A stretch of 64,000 nt of DNA from Candidatus Poribacteria bacterium (GTDB taxonomy: Bacteria > Poribacteria > WGA-4E > WGA-3G), in the NCBI GenBank assembly GCA_965220325.1, contig OZ244821.1, forward strand, positions 4,381,924-4,445,923. Direction: 5' to 3'. Shown here one piece after another: positions 8,577 to 16,714 of the stretch. The first letter of the stretch is position 1; each line of letters opens with the position of its first letter. The position numbers and the translations under genes were made by a program. The notes beneath the pieces were generated by a model, which was not told the DNA's origin, made no database searches, and was given only the letters and a program-made list of their open reading frames with translations.

Positions 8577-8858
8577 CTAGCGTGTAATGCACACCCTACG
8601 GGGGTTGAAGAAACGGGAAAATTGCTGCGTCTCCCACACAATAGATCCGATGTCGCTGCCTTTGTTACGATTACAATATGAACACGCGTAAGCGAGATTA
8701 CTTTCTTGGGTAGAGCCTCCATGTTTCTCGCTAAGAATGTGATCTATCTGACAACCAAAGTAAGTATCCTCTTCACGAATCAGACAGTATTCACAAAGGC
8801 TTTTGGCGCGGGCCCTAACCAACTCTCGTAAGGCAACGGGGATATAAGTCTTACTCAT
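8577..8858 (-). CDS. HNH endonuclease (small, 93 aa)
   Basis: CEYC...CQIDHILSEKHGG...NLAYACSYCNRNK carries the HNH and zinc-ligand motifs. Confidence 0.7.
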   Translation of the reverse strand: MSKTYIPVALRELVRARAKSLCEYCLIREEDTYFGCQIDHILSEKHGGSTQESNLAYACSYCNRNKGSDIGSIVWETQQFSRFFNPRRVCITR

Positions 8859-9093
8859 TTTTTAAATAGTATCGAGCGCGAGATTTAGCGAGCCGCATCA
8901 GATGTTCAAGTTGCAAACAGTGATTGAGTTCTGCTGTTTCTTCAGAGGTTAGTCCTGTCGTCTTTTCGCGGTGGATGAGATCTGAAAGACGCTCTTTTGC
9001 CGCCTCGGATGGACAAAAGTCTATTAAATTTTGCGGGGTTGTCCCTGCTGCAATAAAATCAACGATTTCTTGATATGCAGGTGATATGTACAT
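8851..9093 (-). CDS. Small conserved hypothetical protein, likely partner of the HNH endonuclease (overlaps its start by 8 nt)
   Basis: 80-aa helical protein (MYISPAYQEIVDFIAAG...LEHLMRLAKSRA). The 8-nt overlap with the HNH gene suggests a two-gene module. Confidence 0.4.
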   Translation of the reverse strand: MYISPAYQEIVDFIAAGTTPQNLIDFCPSEAAKERLSDLIHREKTTGLTSEETAELNHCLQLEHLMRLAKSRARYYLKNE

Positions 9094-9110
9094 TGAATTC
9101 TCCTTATATG

Positions 9111-9524
9111 TTACAGCTGATCTTCAATCCATTCATCGTCGTGGGCAGGATTATAGATGAGCCCCTTTTTAATATCGAGACAGAGATCCAGGTATTCCAG
9201 GACCATGTGTCCGACAAGGACAGGCAGCCCGGCCGGTAGATCCGCCACTTCCATCGTCCCCTCCCGTTCTAAGACGGTATATCGGACATCTGAATAAACT
9301 GTCCGCGTAACGATACCGTTTGTGGTCTGTGCCCTTCTACTTCTAACGGGAGTCAAGCCGAGTTGTTCGATAAGCGGCTTCGGTAAGGATAATCCAGTCG
9401 CACCGGTATCAACAATCGCGTCTTCAACGGTCACTTGCCGGATATCCTCAGGTTTAATAACACCAGCTTCAGCTAAAAACTGATCTTTTCGATTTGCGAG
9501 TTCTATTTTTGTTGTGTGTTTCAT
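9111..9524 (-). CDS. Retropepsin-like (clan AA) aspartic protease
   Basis: AIVDTGATGLSLP is the classic D-T/S-G-A active-site motif; about 137 aa. Confidence 0.6.
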   Translation of the reverse strand: MKHTTKIELANRKDQFLAEAGVIKPEDIRQVTVEDAIVDTGATGLSLPKPLIEQLGLTPVRSRRAQTTNGIVTRTVYSDVRYTVLEREGTMEVADLPAGLPVLVGHMVLEYLDLCLDIKKGLIYNPAHDDEWIEDQL

Positions 9525-9592
9525 TTTTTTTCCCTCAGTTTACGATAAAATTCTTTGTGACATAGCATATGCTGCTGGCTAAAGATGATACC

Positions 9593-9775
9593 TCATTCTT
9601 TCAAGCGTTCAAGTTCCGCTTGGAGTCGCGCGACTTCTGCTTCTGCGCTCTCCGCGCGTGCTTTCGCGATCTCCATCGGCGTTTGGAGCCACTGCTCCCT
9701 AACCGGATCGTAAACCTCTAAACGCCTTTCACGGATATGGAAATCTAAACCGAAATATACACAATAGTGTAGCAA
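9593..9775 (-). pseudogene. Possible remnant of an Uma2-family (DUF820) endonuclease C-terminus
   Basis: The 60-aa ORF ends LEVYDPVREQWLQTPMEIAKARAESAEAEVARLQAELERLKE, which resembles the conserved C-terminal tail of cyanobacterial Uma2 proteins. No upstream domain is present. Confidence 0.2.
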
Positions 9776-9835
9776 AAAAAAACGCCGCTGTCAAATTTAA
9801 TTTTTAAGGAACCTTCCTTATTTTTACTTTACTAA

Positions 9836-10060
9836 AGTTTAGACAATTTTAAGAGGTCCAAGGTTTTTGATCGGATACGCTCTTTTGTACCATAGGAGAC
9901 CGTTGGTTTCCTGTGGTCTCTTTGTACCATAGGCTGTATGAAGATTAAATAAATATTTCGGTAATCGTTGAAGATCGCGAGCGCAGCTCGCTCCTACCAA
10001 GAGGCTATTGATACATTACCGAATTAAATTCTGAAACTTCATTTAGCCTGTGGCAGTGAT
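9836..10060. repeat. Dispersed intergenic repeat, copy A (shares blocks with 58005-58090), with an internal duplication
   Basis: Shared blocks actaaagttt(a/g)gacaattttaa, ctcttttgta(c/g)cataggctgt and tagcctgtggca. ctcttttgtaccatagg occurs twice in copy A, and gatcggatacgctc recurs at 9871 and 10059. Confidence 0.5.
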
Positions 10061-10300
10061 CGGATACGCTCTAACGCTGCCAAAATATTTACACACTCAA
10101 AATAAAAAATAAATTTGCATCTCTACATTATATATGTTATCATATACATACTAATTGAATTATATTAATCTCAAGAAAAAAAGATAAAAACAACCCTTCA
10201 CCCACACAAAGGAGCACAAAACGTAGACTCGGTTAAAACGAAACTATGACTTCTGGTAGGAGCGAGTGTTTTTGCTGGGGTGTTTCTTGTCGCTCGCGAT
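9971..10300. repeat. Imperfect terminal inverted repeats bounding a ~330-bp AT-rich non-coding element (MITE-like)
   Basis: The left arm gatcgcgagcgcagctcgctcctaccaaga (9971-10000) is the reverse complement, with a few mismatches, of the right arm tctggtaggagcgagtg...cgctcgcgatc (10251-10300). Confidence 0.4.
10115..10143 (+). promoter_or_regulatory. Orphan sigma-70-like promoter (TTGCAT - 17 nt - TATCAT) inside the non-coding island
   Basis: ttgcatctctacattatatatgttatcat; no annotated ORF lies downstream before the terminator at 10358-10387. Confidence 0.3.
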
Positions 10301-10357
10301 CTGTACTTTTGCCTAACGACTCAGAGTCACCCCAAACGCAAATCGAAAATCGCAAAT

Positions 10358-10387
10358 CGAAAATGTTACACTTTTCGCCTTTTTTTT
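10358..10387 (+). terminator. Rho-independent terminator-like hairpin (weak AU-rich stem) plus T8 tract
   Basis: cgaaaa tgttacac ttttcg cc tttttttt; together with the promoter at 10115 it would delimit a ~230-nt transcript. Confidence 0.3.
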
Positions 10388-10463
10388 CAAATACGAAACC
10401 ATAACACAATTACCTCTGAACCCTTACAATGACTAAGTTTATCGCAATATTCTATCCATACCC

Positions 10464-10487
10464 AATGTTACACTGGTGTAACATTTT
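10464..10487. promoter_or_regulatory. Perfect palindrome AATGTTACAC-TG-GTGTAACATT (candidate operator; the half-site also occurs in the terminator loop at 10362)
   Basis: The 10-bp arms are exact reverse complements. The motif AATGTTACAC occurs three times within 130 bp. Confidence 0.35.
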
Positions 10488-10883
10488 AAGCACAGATGCA
10501 CTGCCTCTTAAAGTCCCTGATAACCTGACACCTGCGATCACAACCGGAACCTGAAACGCCCGAACTTGAACCAATAGACCCTAATCCATCGCAGAAAAAA
10601 ATATAACGCAAATTTTTGCGTACAAAAAAAATTAAAGTGCCTTTAGGACAAAAATCACAGCAGCCGAACGCATCCATGTTGAAATTGTTATACTTGAACA
10701 GGAGGCTAAATTCTGATAGAATATCTCCTAAGCAGGAAAGAAGAGGCATTTTTACATTCCTTTCAAAACACTTCTACGTTTTTATGAAAGGATGCCTCTT
10801 TTCTGCTTGTTGTCATCTTAATTCGTAAAATTGTCCAAACTATAGTACCAATTGCGAAAACACAACTGAAAAGGAGACACACA

Positions 10884-11147
10884 TTGGAAAAAATACGCGG
10901 ATTGATTTCTCTATTGGAATCTGGCGTTGAAGACTATGACGCGCAGGTAAAGGTTCTCCAGTCAGAACGCCTGAAATATATCCGGCTCTCTATAACGGAC
11001 GGGTTCGGCACGGAAGAAGGCGACTCTAAACAGTCGTGGCTACTTCACCTCAAGCAACTCGAAGATTCACTCGCCCTGAGACGGAAAACCATACGACAGG
11101 CAGTTGTAGATACCGCAGAAGATATTCAGAAAGAGGAAAACGCATAA
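10884..11147 (+). CDS. Small hypothetical helical protein (87 aa, TTG start) translationally coupled to the downstream CRTAC1-like gene
   Basis: AAGGAG (10871-10876) lies 7 nt before the TTG at 10884. The stop TAA overlaps the ATG of the next gene (TAATG at 11145-11149). Confidence 0.45.
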   Translation: MEKIRGLISLLESGVEDYDAQVKVLQSERLKYIRLSITDGFGTEEGDSKQSWLLHLKQLEDSLALRRKTIRQAVVDTAEDIQKEENA

Positions 11148-14100
11148 TGTTGAAATTTCTGTCTCCAAGTATAGAAAAGTGTTTGAAGTATATCCTGCTG
11201 TTGGTATCGTGTTTTGCTGCCCCAATAGGATGGACGCAAGAGACAGATAACAGCAGAATTATTGAAGAAGCGATCCGGCACCAGAATTTAGGGTTGGCAT
11301 ACCTGGAGGAGTCACAGCCCTCAAAAGCAGTCGAGGAATTTACGACGCTTATTGAACTGCTCCCCAACGAAGCGATCGGTTATGGAAACCTTGCTGTCGC
11401 GCACTTACGTCTACAACAGGCAGACACCGCTGAAGAATGGGTGAAACGCGGCATCGCTGTCGCGCCGATGGATAGCCGGTTACATTTCATCTTGTCCGAA
11501 GTCTACCAACTGCAAGACGGAAAAACGAATTTAGCCGTAGAAGCGATGAAGGAAGCTGTTCGGTTGGACGCCGATGAATTAGAATTTCGCTACAAACTGG
11601 TGCGTCACTACCTTGGACGCCGAAACGACCCGGAAGCACAGCGGGAGGCTGTCCGGCATCTTCAAGAACTGCATGCCCGATCACCGGTGAATATCGTTGT
11701 GCTGATGAAGTTGACACTCGGATTGTTAGCGCAGGAGGACCTCGAAGCTGCTGGAGACCTCTGTCAAGACCTAATGCTCCTTTTAGGCGATACCGACCCA
11801 GACAAACTCAAATATCTTACACAAGGAATAGAAGCAATAGCACAAGGTGACCTAAAACTCGCTACACGAAATATAAAAATTTTCGAGAACGTAAATCGGG
11901 CAAGTCCCCGTTATCAGCAGGGTATCGGCGAATTGGTGACCGACATCCTTGGGCATCCGATAGAGACATTCAGTCCAGGGTTTCGCGCGCGAATCATCGC
12001 TAAAGAGAGCCTACCGATTGAAGTGGAATTTGTGGATGTTACTGAACAACTTGGACTTGCCGATGTGAATCCGCCTTTAGATTTCAAGACACCCGTTGCT
12101 GTCATTCTTATGGACCACGATAATGACGGGGATCTGGATCTGCATATAGTCGCGGCGAACGGTTTTGAGTTGTATCGAAATATAGGAAACCAGTTTGAGC
12201 CTATTAACACATACGTAGCGGACGAAGACACCCATATCATTGTTGCGGATTTAAATAAGGATGGCATACAGGATTATTTATTCCAAAGTGTTAAGGGAAT
12301 CGGGCATATATGGAGGGATACGGAAGGGAATGAAGGGGCATCTGACCTCATCATATATAAAAATCCCAGAACTGAGATAGGGATCCTTCATCCTGTCGAT
12401 TATGATCACGATGGCGATCTGGACCTCTTTACAACCGGTACCACGATGTATCGGAATAATAGCGATGATAAAAATAAAGGGGACGAAAGGTTTACCGATG
12501 TTAGTGAACAGGCTTTTGTAAAAACAGCCGCGCCACAATCCGTACCTGCCGAAGCATTCTCCGCTGATTTTGATGACGATGGCGATATAGATATTTTTAC
12601 GATACACCGCGAAACCGGATGTACCCTTTACGATAACCTCCGTCAAGGGAAACTTCGCGCGATTTCCGATGAGACAGGAATTCACCAGGATATGCATTAC
12701 ACGGCAGCTGCTATCGGTGATTATGACAACGATGGCGACATTGATATCTTCTTAGCAACAGCAGCTCGTATGCACCTCTACCTTAATAGAGGCGACGGAA
12801 GTTTTGTAGACGACCCACGCTTAGAGGCGGATGTACAAGGTATATCCCCTACACTCTTAAAAAACATAGATTACGATAACGACGGATTTGTTGACCTCTG
12901 GGTGAGTGGTGAAGATGGGATGTTTCTGTTCCGAAACGACGGAACCGGGCAGTTCATGGAACCGTATCCGCTAATAGAAACTGGCACACCAACGGAGGGA
13001 GCGATCCTCCACAAGGCAACCGCTGGAGCCGTAGGCGATTATGACAATGACGGCGACCTTGACCTCTTTTTTATCAACCTCAAAGGAGAACTTCGAGCAT
13101 TACAAAACAATGGTGGCAATCGAAATAAATGGATACAGGTGCGATTGGAAGGTATCACTACTGGAAACAATAAAGTCAATAGGGACGGCATCGGCTCGAA
13201 ACTGGAGGTGAAAGTCGGTGATCTGTATCAACTACAATATGTATCCGAACAGGTCTCCCATTTCGGGTTAGGCGCGTTTGACAAGGCGGATATTGTTCGT
13301 GTTGTCTGGACGAACGGCGTGCCGCAGAACGTCATCGAACCGCAAGCGAAACAACGGATTCTGGAGAAACAGATACTCAAAGGTTCCTGTCCGTTCTTAT
13401 ACGTCTACGATGGAGAGAAATACGAATTCGTTACTGACTTGCTCTGGCGCGCACCTTTGGGGCTTGTCACTTCAATGGGGTTCGTTGCTCCTGATGAAAC
13501 GCGGGACTTCGTGAAGATTTCCGGGACACAGATACAACCGAAAGATGGTAAGTATTCCATTCAGATTACCGAGGAGTTATGGGAAACCGCCTATTTTGAC
13601 GAGGTGAAACTGATCGCGGTGGACCACCCAGTAGGTACTGACATCTTCGTAAATGAGCAGTATGTTCCGCCGCCGTTTGCCGAATTCAAGGTTTACGGGG
13701 TCAAGGAGAAGCTGCACCCGAAATCCGCACGCAACCATCGGGGTGAAGATGTATCCGATGCTTTAAGAACGTCTGATTACCACTACGCCGTTGAACACGC
13801 ACCCGGTCCCTATCAAGGGGTCGTTGAACCGCATGCAATAGTTCTTGATCTCGGTGATGTACCGAATGATACGCCTGTGACGCTGTTCCTCACCGGCTGG
13901 ATTTTCCCGACGGATACGAGTATCAATGTTGCCCTGTTCCAAAACAGCGAAATTAATCCGAGTTTTCCGTCGGTTGCTGTAAAAGATAAAACAGGAGCGT
14001 GGGAAACCGTGATTGATATGATTGGGCTGCCGGCGGGGAAAAACAAGACGATTACCGTCGATCTAACGGGCAAATTTCTGTCGGATGACCGACACGTCCG

Positions 14101-14671
14101 AATTGAAACCGATATGCAGATTTACTGGGACGCAGCGTTTTTCACTGTCGGCAGGCAAGACGTACCGATAGAGATGACGACGTTGAACCCAGATAGCGCG
14201 GATCTGCACTACCGCGGCTTTTCGGAGATGTATCGTCCAAACGCACACGCGCCGCACCTGTTCAACTACCAAAAAGTGACGACCGATGCCCAATGGCGCG
14301 ATCTGGCAGGTTATTATACGCGCTACGGAGATGTCAATCCGCTGTTACAAGAGGTTGATGATATGTATGTAATCCTTAATGCTGGCGATGAAATCACGGT
14401 TGAGTTTGATGCCTCACGCTTGCCGGTACTAAAACCTGGATGGGCTCGCGATTTTATTCTCTATAGCGACGGATGGGACAAAGATGGCGACATCAATACG
14501 CTCACCTCGCAGACAGTTGAACCGCTGCCGTTTCACGGGATGTCTGCCTATCCGTATCCAGACACTGAGCATTATCCAGATAGCGAAGCGCATCGCCGGT
14601 ATCGGCTTGAATATAATACCCGACGCGTGGAGCACCGTTTACCGCTATTATCGACAGAAGTAAAACCATGA
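11147..14671 (+). CDS. Secreted TPR + FG-GAP/VCBS repeat + ASPIC/UnbV domain protein (CRTAC1 family), ~1174 aa
   Basis: Start at 11147 (MLKFLSPSIEKCLKYILLLVSCFAAPIGWTQE signal peptide), in frame with the ORF-track 11036 start. TPR helices precede six FG-GAP/VCBS calcium loops (DHDNDGDLDL, DYDHDGDLDL, DFDDDGDIDI, DYDNDGDIDI, DYDNDGFVDL, DYDNDGDLDL). The UnbV/ASPIC core follows (GSKLEVKVGDLYQ...HFGLGAFDKADIVRVVWTNG). Confidence 0.8.
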   Translation: MLKFLSPSIEKCLKYILLLVSCFAAPIGWTQETDNSRIIEEAIRHQNLGLAYLEESQPSKAVEEFTTLIELLPNEAIGYGNLAVAHLRLQQADTAEEWVKRGIAVAPMDSRLHFILSEVYQLQDGKTNLAVEAMKEAVRLDADELEFRYKLVRHYLGRRNDPEAQREAVRHLQELHARSPVNIVVLMKLTLGLLAQEDLEAAGDLCQDLMLLLGDTDPDKLKYLTQGIEAIAQGDLKLATRNIKIFENVNRASPRYQQGIGELVTDILGHPIETFSPGFRARIIAKESLPIEVEFVDVTEQLGLADVNPPLDFKTPVAVILMDHDNDGDLDLHIVAANGFELYRNIGNQFEPINTYVADEDTHIIVADLNKDGIQDYLFQSVKGIGHIWRDTEGNEGASDLIIYKNPRTEIGILHPVDYDHDGDLDLFTTGTTMYRNNSDDKNKGDERFTDVSEQAFVKTAAPQSVPAEAFSADFDDDGDIDIFTIHRETGCTLYDNLRQGKLRAISDETGIHQDMHYTAAAIGDYDNDGDIDIFLATAARMHLYLNRGDGSFVDDPRLEADVQGISPTLLKNIDYDNDGFVDLWVSGEDGMFLFRNDGTGQFMEPYPLIETGTPTEGAILHKATAGAVGDYDNDGDLDLFFINLKGELRALQNNGGNRNKWIQVRLEGITTGNNKVNRDGIGSKLEVKVGDLYQLQYVSEQVSHFGLGAFDKADIVRVVWTNGVPQNVIEPQAKQRILEKQILKGSCPFLYVYDGEKYEFVTDLLWRAPLGLVTSMGFVAPDETRDFVKISGTQIQPKDGKYSIQITEELWETAYFDEVKLIAVDHPVGTDIFVNEQYVPPPFAEFKVYGVKEKLHPKSARNHRGEDVSDALRTSDYHYAVEHAPGPYQGVVEPHAIVLDLGDVPNDTPVTLFLTGWIFPTDTSINVALFQNSEINPSFPSVAVKDKTGAWETVIDMIGLPAGKNKTITVDLTGKFLSDDRHVRIETDMQIYWDAAFFTVGRQDVPIEMTTLNPDSADLHYRGFSEMYRPNAHAPHLFNYQKVTTDAQWRDLAGYYTRYGDVNPLLQEVDDMYVILNAGDEITVEFDASRLPVLKPGWARDFILYSDGWDKDGDINTLTSQTVEPLPFHGMSAYPYPDTEHYPDSEAHRRYRLEYNTRRVEHRLPLLSTEVKP

Positions 14672-16710
14672 AAACGAAACGCGTATTTATCACAGCTATT
14701 CTGTTGTTCATCTGCCCCGTATTCCCCCGCAATGGAATTACGCAAGACTCTACGCAATGGAAATTACCGGAGGGCGCAAAAGCACGCCTCTGTAAAGGAG
14801 AAATTCGTGGCATAAGTTTTTCGCCCGATGGCACCCAAATTGCTGTAGGCAGTGCTACCGGCGTTTGGCTCTACGATGCGCGCACCGGTGTTGAACGCAA
14901 ATTGCTTACCGATCATCTCTCAAGAACGGGTCTCGTGACGTTCTCACCCGACGGTAAAACCTTGGCGACTGGAGAGTATGACACAATCCTGATCTGGGAT
15001 GTTGCCACTGGCAATCTTTTGAAATCCATCAAAAGACAAAGGGCTCGGATACAGGCACTTAGAATCCTTGAAGATAATAAAACGCTTCTTTGTGAAAATT
15101 ACAACGGTTCGGTTCGATTGTGGGATGTTAGCACTGGACTTGAAATAAAGAACTTCGATCTGAAATCTTCAGATAGGTTTGGTGGTGTACTGAGTTCTGC
15201 GTTCGGGTACGAGGTTACCACTGCTGGCTTATATCTGAATAAAATTCAGGACAACGGTCTTTATGCGGTTGGCTACAAAAATGGCAAAATTCGGTTGAAG
15301 GATGCTACAACTGGCAAGCACCTGAAAACGTTTCAAGGTCCCAAAGGTTATATCAACCAATTGGTATTTTCCCCAGACGGCAACACCCTTGCTGTTAATA
15401 ACAGTAACGCTCCGATCCGTCTCTGGGACGTTAACACGGGGAAATTAATAAAAGACTTAACAAAAAAGGCAAAAATGTGGGGAATGCTCACTTTCTCTAA
15501 AGATGGTAAAACCTTGGCTTATCAGGGGCAGTTTGGTGACCTTGAGTCGATTGAGTTGTGGGATGTTGCTACGCAAACACTTCGTACGACGCTTGGTGAG
15601 GATATAGGCACCAACATACATATTTTCGCAGTCTCGCCGGATGCTAAAACGGTTGCCAGAGCGAATCGAAATGGTGAGATCCGAGTATGGGATGTGAACA
15701 CCGGTGACGAGTTGTCTGCCTTTTCAACAGGACATACAAAGCGGCTGACCGCGTTGGCGTTTTCACCGGACAACAGTACGATTGTAAGTGGACATATTAA
15801 CACGATTGCACTGTGGGATGCACGCAATTTTACGCAACTATCTAACGCCGTAGACCCCAAGGGATGGATTAATGCCTTGGTATTTTCACCTGATGGCAGC
15901 ACTGTAAGCGGCATAAAAAGTTTCGCATATAAGAAAAATACCCGCGGTCAACTCGTCAAGGAGGGTGTAAAAAGCACGTTGAGTACATGGGATACACGTA
16001 CAGCAGATAAATTGTCTGATTTGACCGTTGAATCATACCAAGGCGAGGCACCGAAGATTCCAGGCGTGGGAGGAACGGCATCATCTTTCGTTGGAGGTGC
16101 TGCTGTCGTTGTGTTTTCTCAGAATGGTAACATGCTTGCTGCAGCCCTAAATGCAGAACAGGCGACTGAGGATTACCGATTTACTGTACATGTATGGGAT
16201 ATTCCTGATAGGAAGTTGAATTTTACGCTCAAAGGACATACGGACAAGGTTAATGCATTGGCACTCACCGGTGATGGTAAAATGCTTGCCAGTGGGAGTG
16301 ACGATGGCACAATTCAACTCTGGGATATAAGAATCGGGCTCCCGACGTTAAGCCTCCGCGCTGGCAAAACTGGTGCGTTAGCATTTTCCAACGATGGCAA
16401 AATTCTTGCAAGTGCAAACAATTCTGATAGCATCCAACTTTGGGATGTTACGACCGGTAGGCAATGGACATCTCTTAAAAGCGAAAACGGTTACATCACC
16501 GTTTTCGCATTCTCTACGGATGGAAAAATTCTTGCAAGTGGAGACCAGTATGGGGCAATTCAGTTGTGGGATATTCCCACTGGTAACATGTTGTCTACGC
16601 ACAAAGGCCATGTGAGTTGGATTAACTCGCTAGCGTTTTCATCTGACGGCAAAACACTCGTAAGTGGTGGCCAAGATGGTGCAATCTTTCTCTGGAACAT
16701 TCCACATTAA
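14668..16710 (+). CDS. Secreted WD40 beta-propeller repeat protein (680 aa)
   Basis: The start overlaps the upstream stop (ATGA). Signal peptide MKTKRVFITAILLFICPVFP. Many repeats of the FSPDG(K/N)TLA...D.T(I/V)RLWDV type. Confidence 0.8.
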   Translation: MKTKRVFITAILLFICPVFPRNGITQDSTQWKLPEGAKARLCKGEIRGISFSPDGTQIAVGSATGVWLYDARTGVERKLLTDHLSRTGLVTFSPDGKTLATGEYDTILIWDVATGNLLKSIKRQRARIQALRILEDNKTLLCENYNGSVRLWDVSTGLEIKNFDLKSSDRFGGVLSSAFGYEVTTAGLYLNKIQDNGLYAVGYKNGKIRLKDATTGKHLKTFQGPKGYINQLVFSPDGNTLAVNNSNAPIRLWDVNTGKLIKDLTKKAKMWGMLTFSKDGKTLAYQGQFGDLESIELWDVATQTLRTTLGEDIGTNIHIFAVSPDAKTVARANRNGEIRVWDVNTGDELSAFSTGHTKRLTALAFSPDNSTIVSGHINTIALWDARNFTQLSNAVDPKGWINALVFSPDGSTVSGIKSFAYKKNTRGQLVKEGVKSTLSTWDTRTADKLSDLTVESYQGEAPKIPGVGGTASSFVGGAAVVVFSQNGNMLAAALNAEQATEDYRFTVHVWDIPDRKLNFTLKGHTDKVNALALTGDGKMLASGSDDGTIQLWDIRIGLPTLSLRAGKTGALAFSNDGKILASANNSDSIQLWDVTTGRQWTSLKSENGYITVFAFSTDGKILASGDQYGAIQLWDIPTGNMLSTHKGHVSWINSLAFSSDGKTLVSGGQDGAIFLWNIPH

Positions 16711-16714
16711 GGAT

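Noticed and set aside
10486-10828. ORFs 10486-10749 (-) and 10616-10828 (+) in the non-coding island
   Set aside because: They overlap each other on opposite strands, have no RBS, and produce Cys/Gly-rich low-complexity translations. They are likely spurious.
9776-10883. tRNA, tmRNA or CRISPR array in the 1.1-kb non-coding region
   Set aside because: No T-loop/acceptor-stem-like sequence or regularly spaced direct repeats were seen. The repeats present are inverted or dispersed.
11036-11146. Upstream in-frame extension of the CRTAC1-like gene overlapping the small ORF
   Set aside because: The extension reads as non-protein-like, basic sequence. The signal peptide starts at the ATG at 11147, which is coupled (TAATG) to the small gene.
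12278-12697. 139-aa antisense ORF inside the FG-GAP gene (and similar antisense ORFs inside dnaE, fdhA and the WD40 genes)
   Set aside because: It lies entirely within a strongly supported gene on the other strand; repetitive coding sequence commonly generates open antisense frames.
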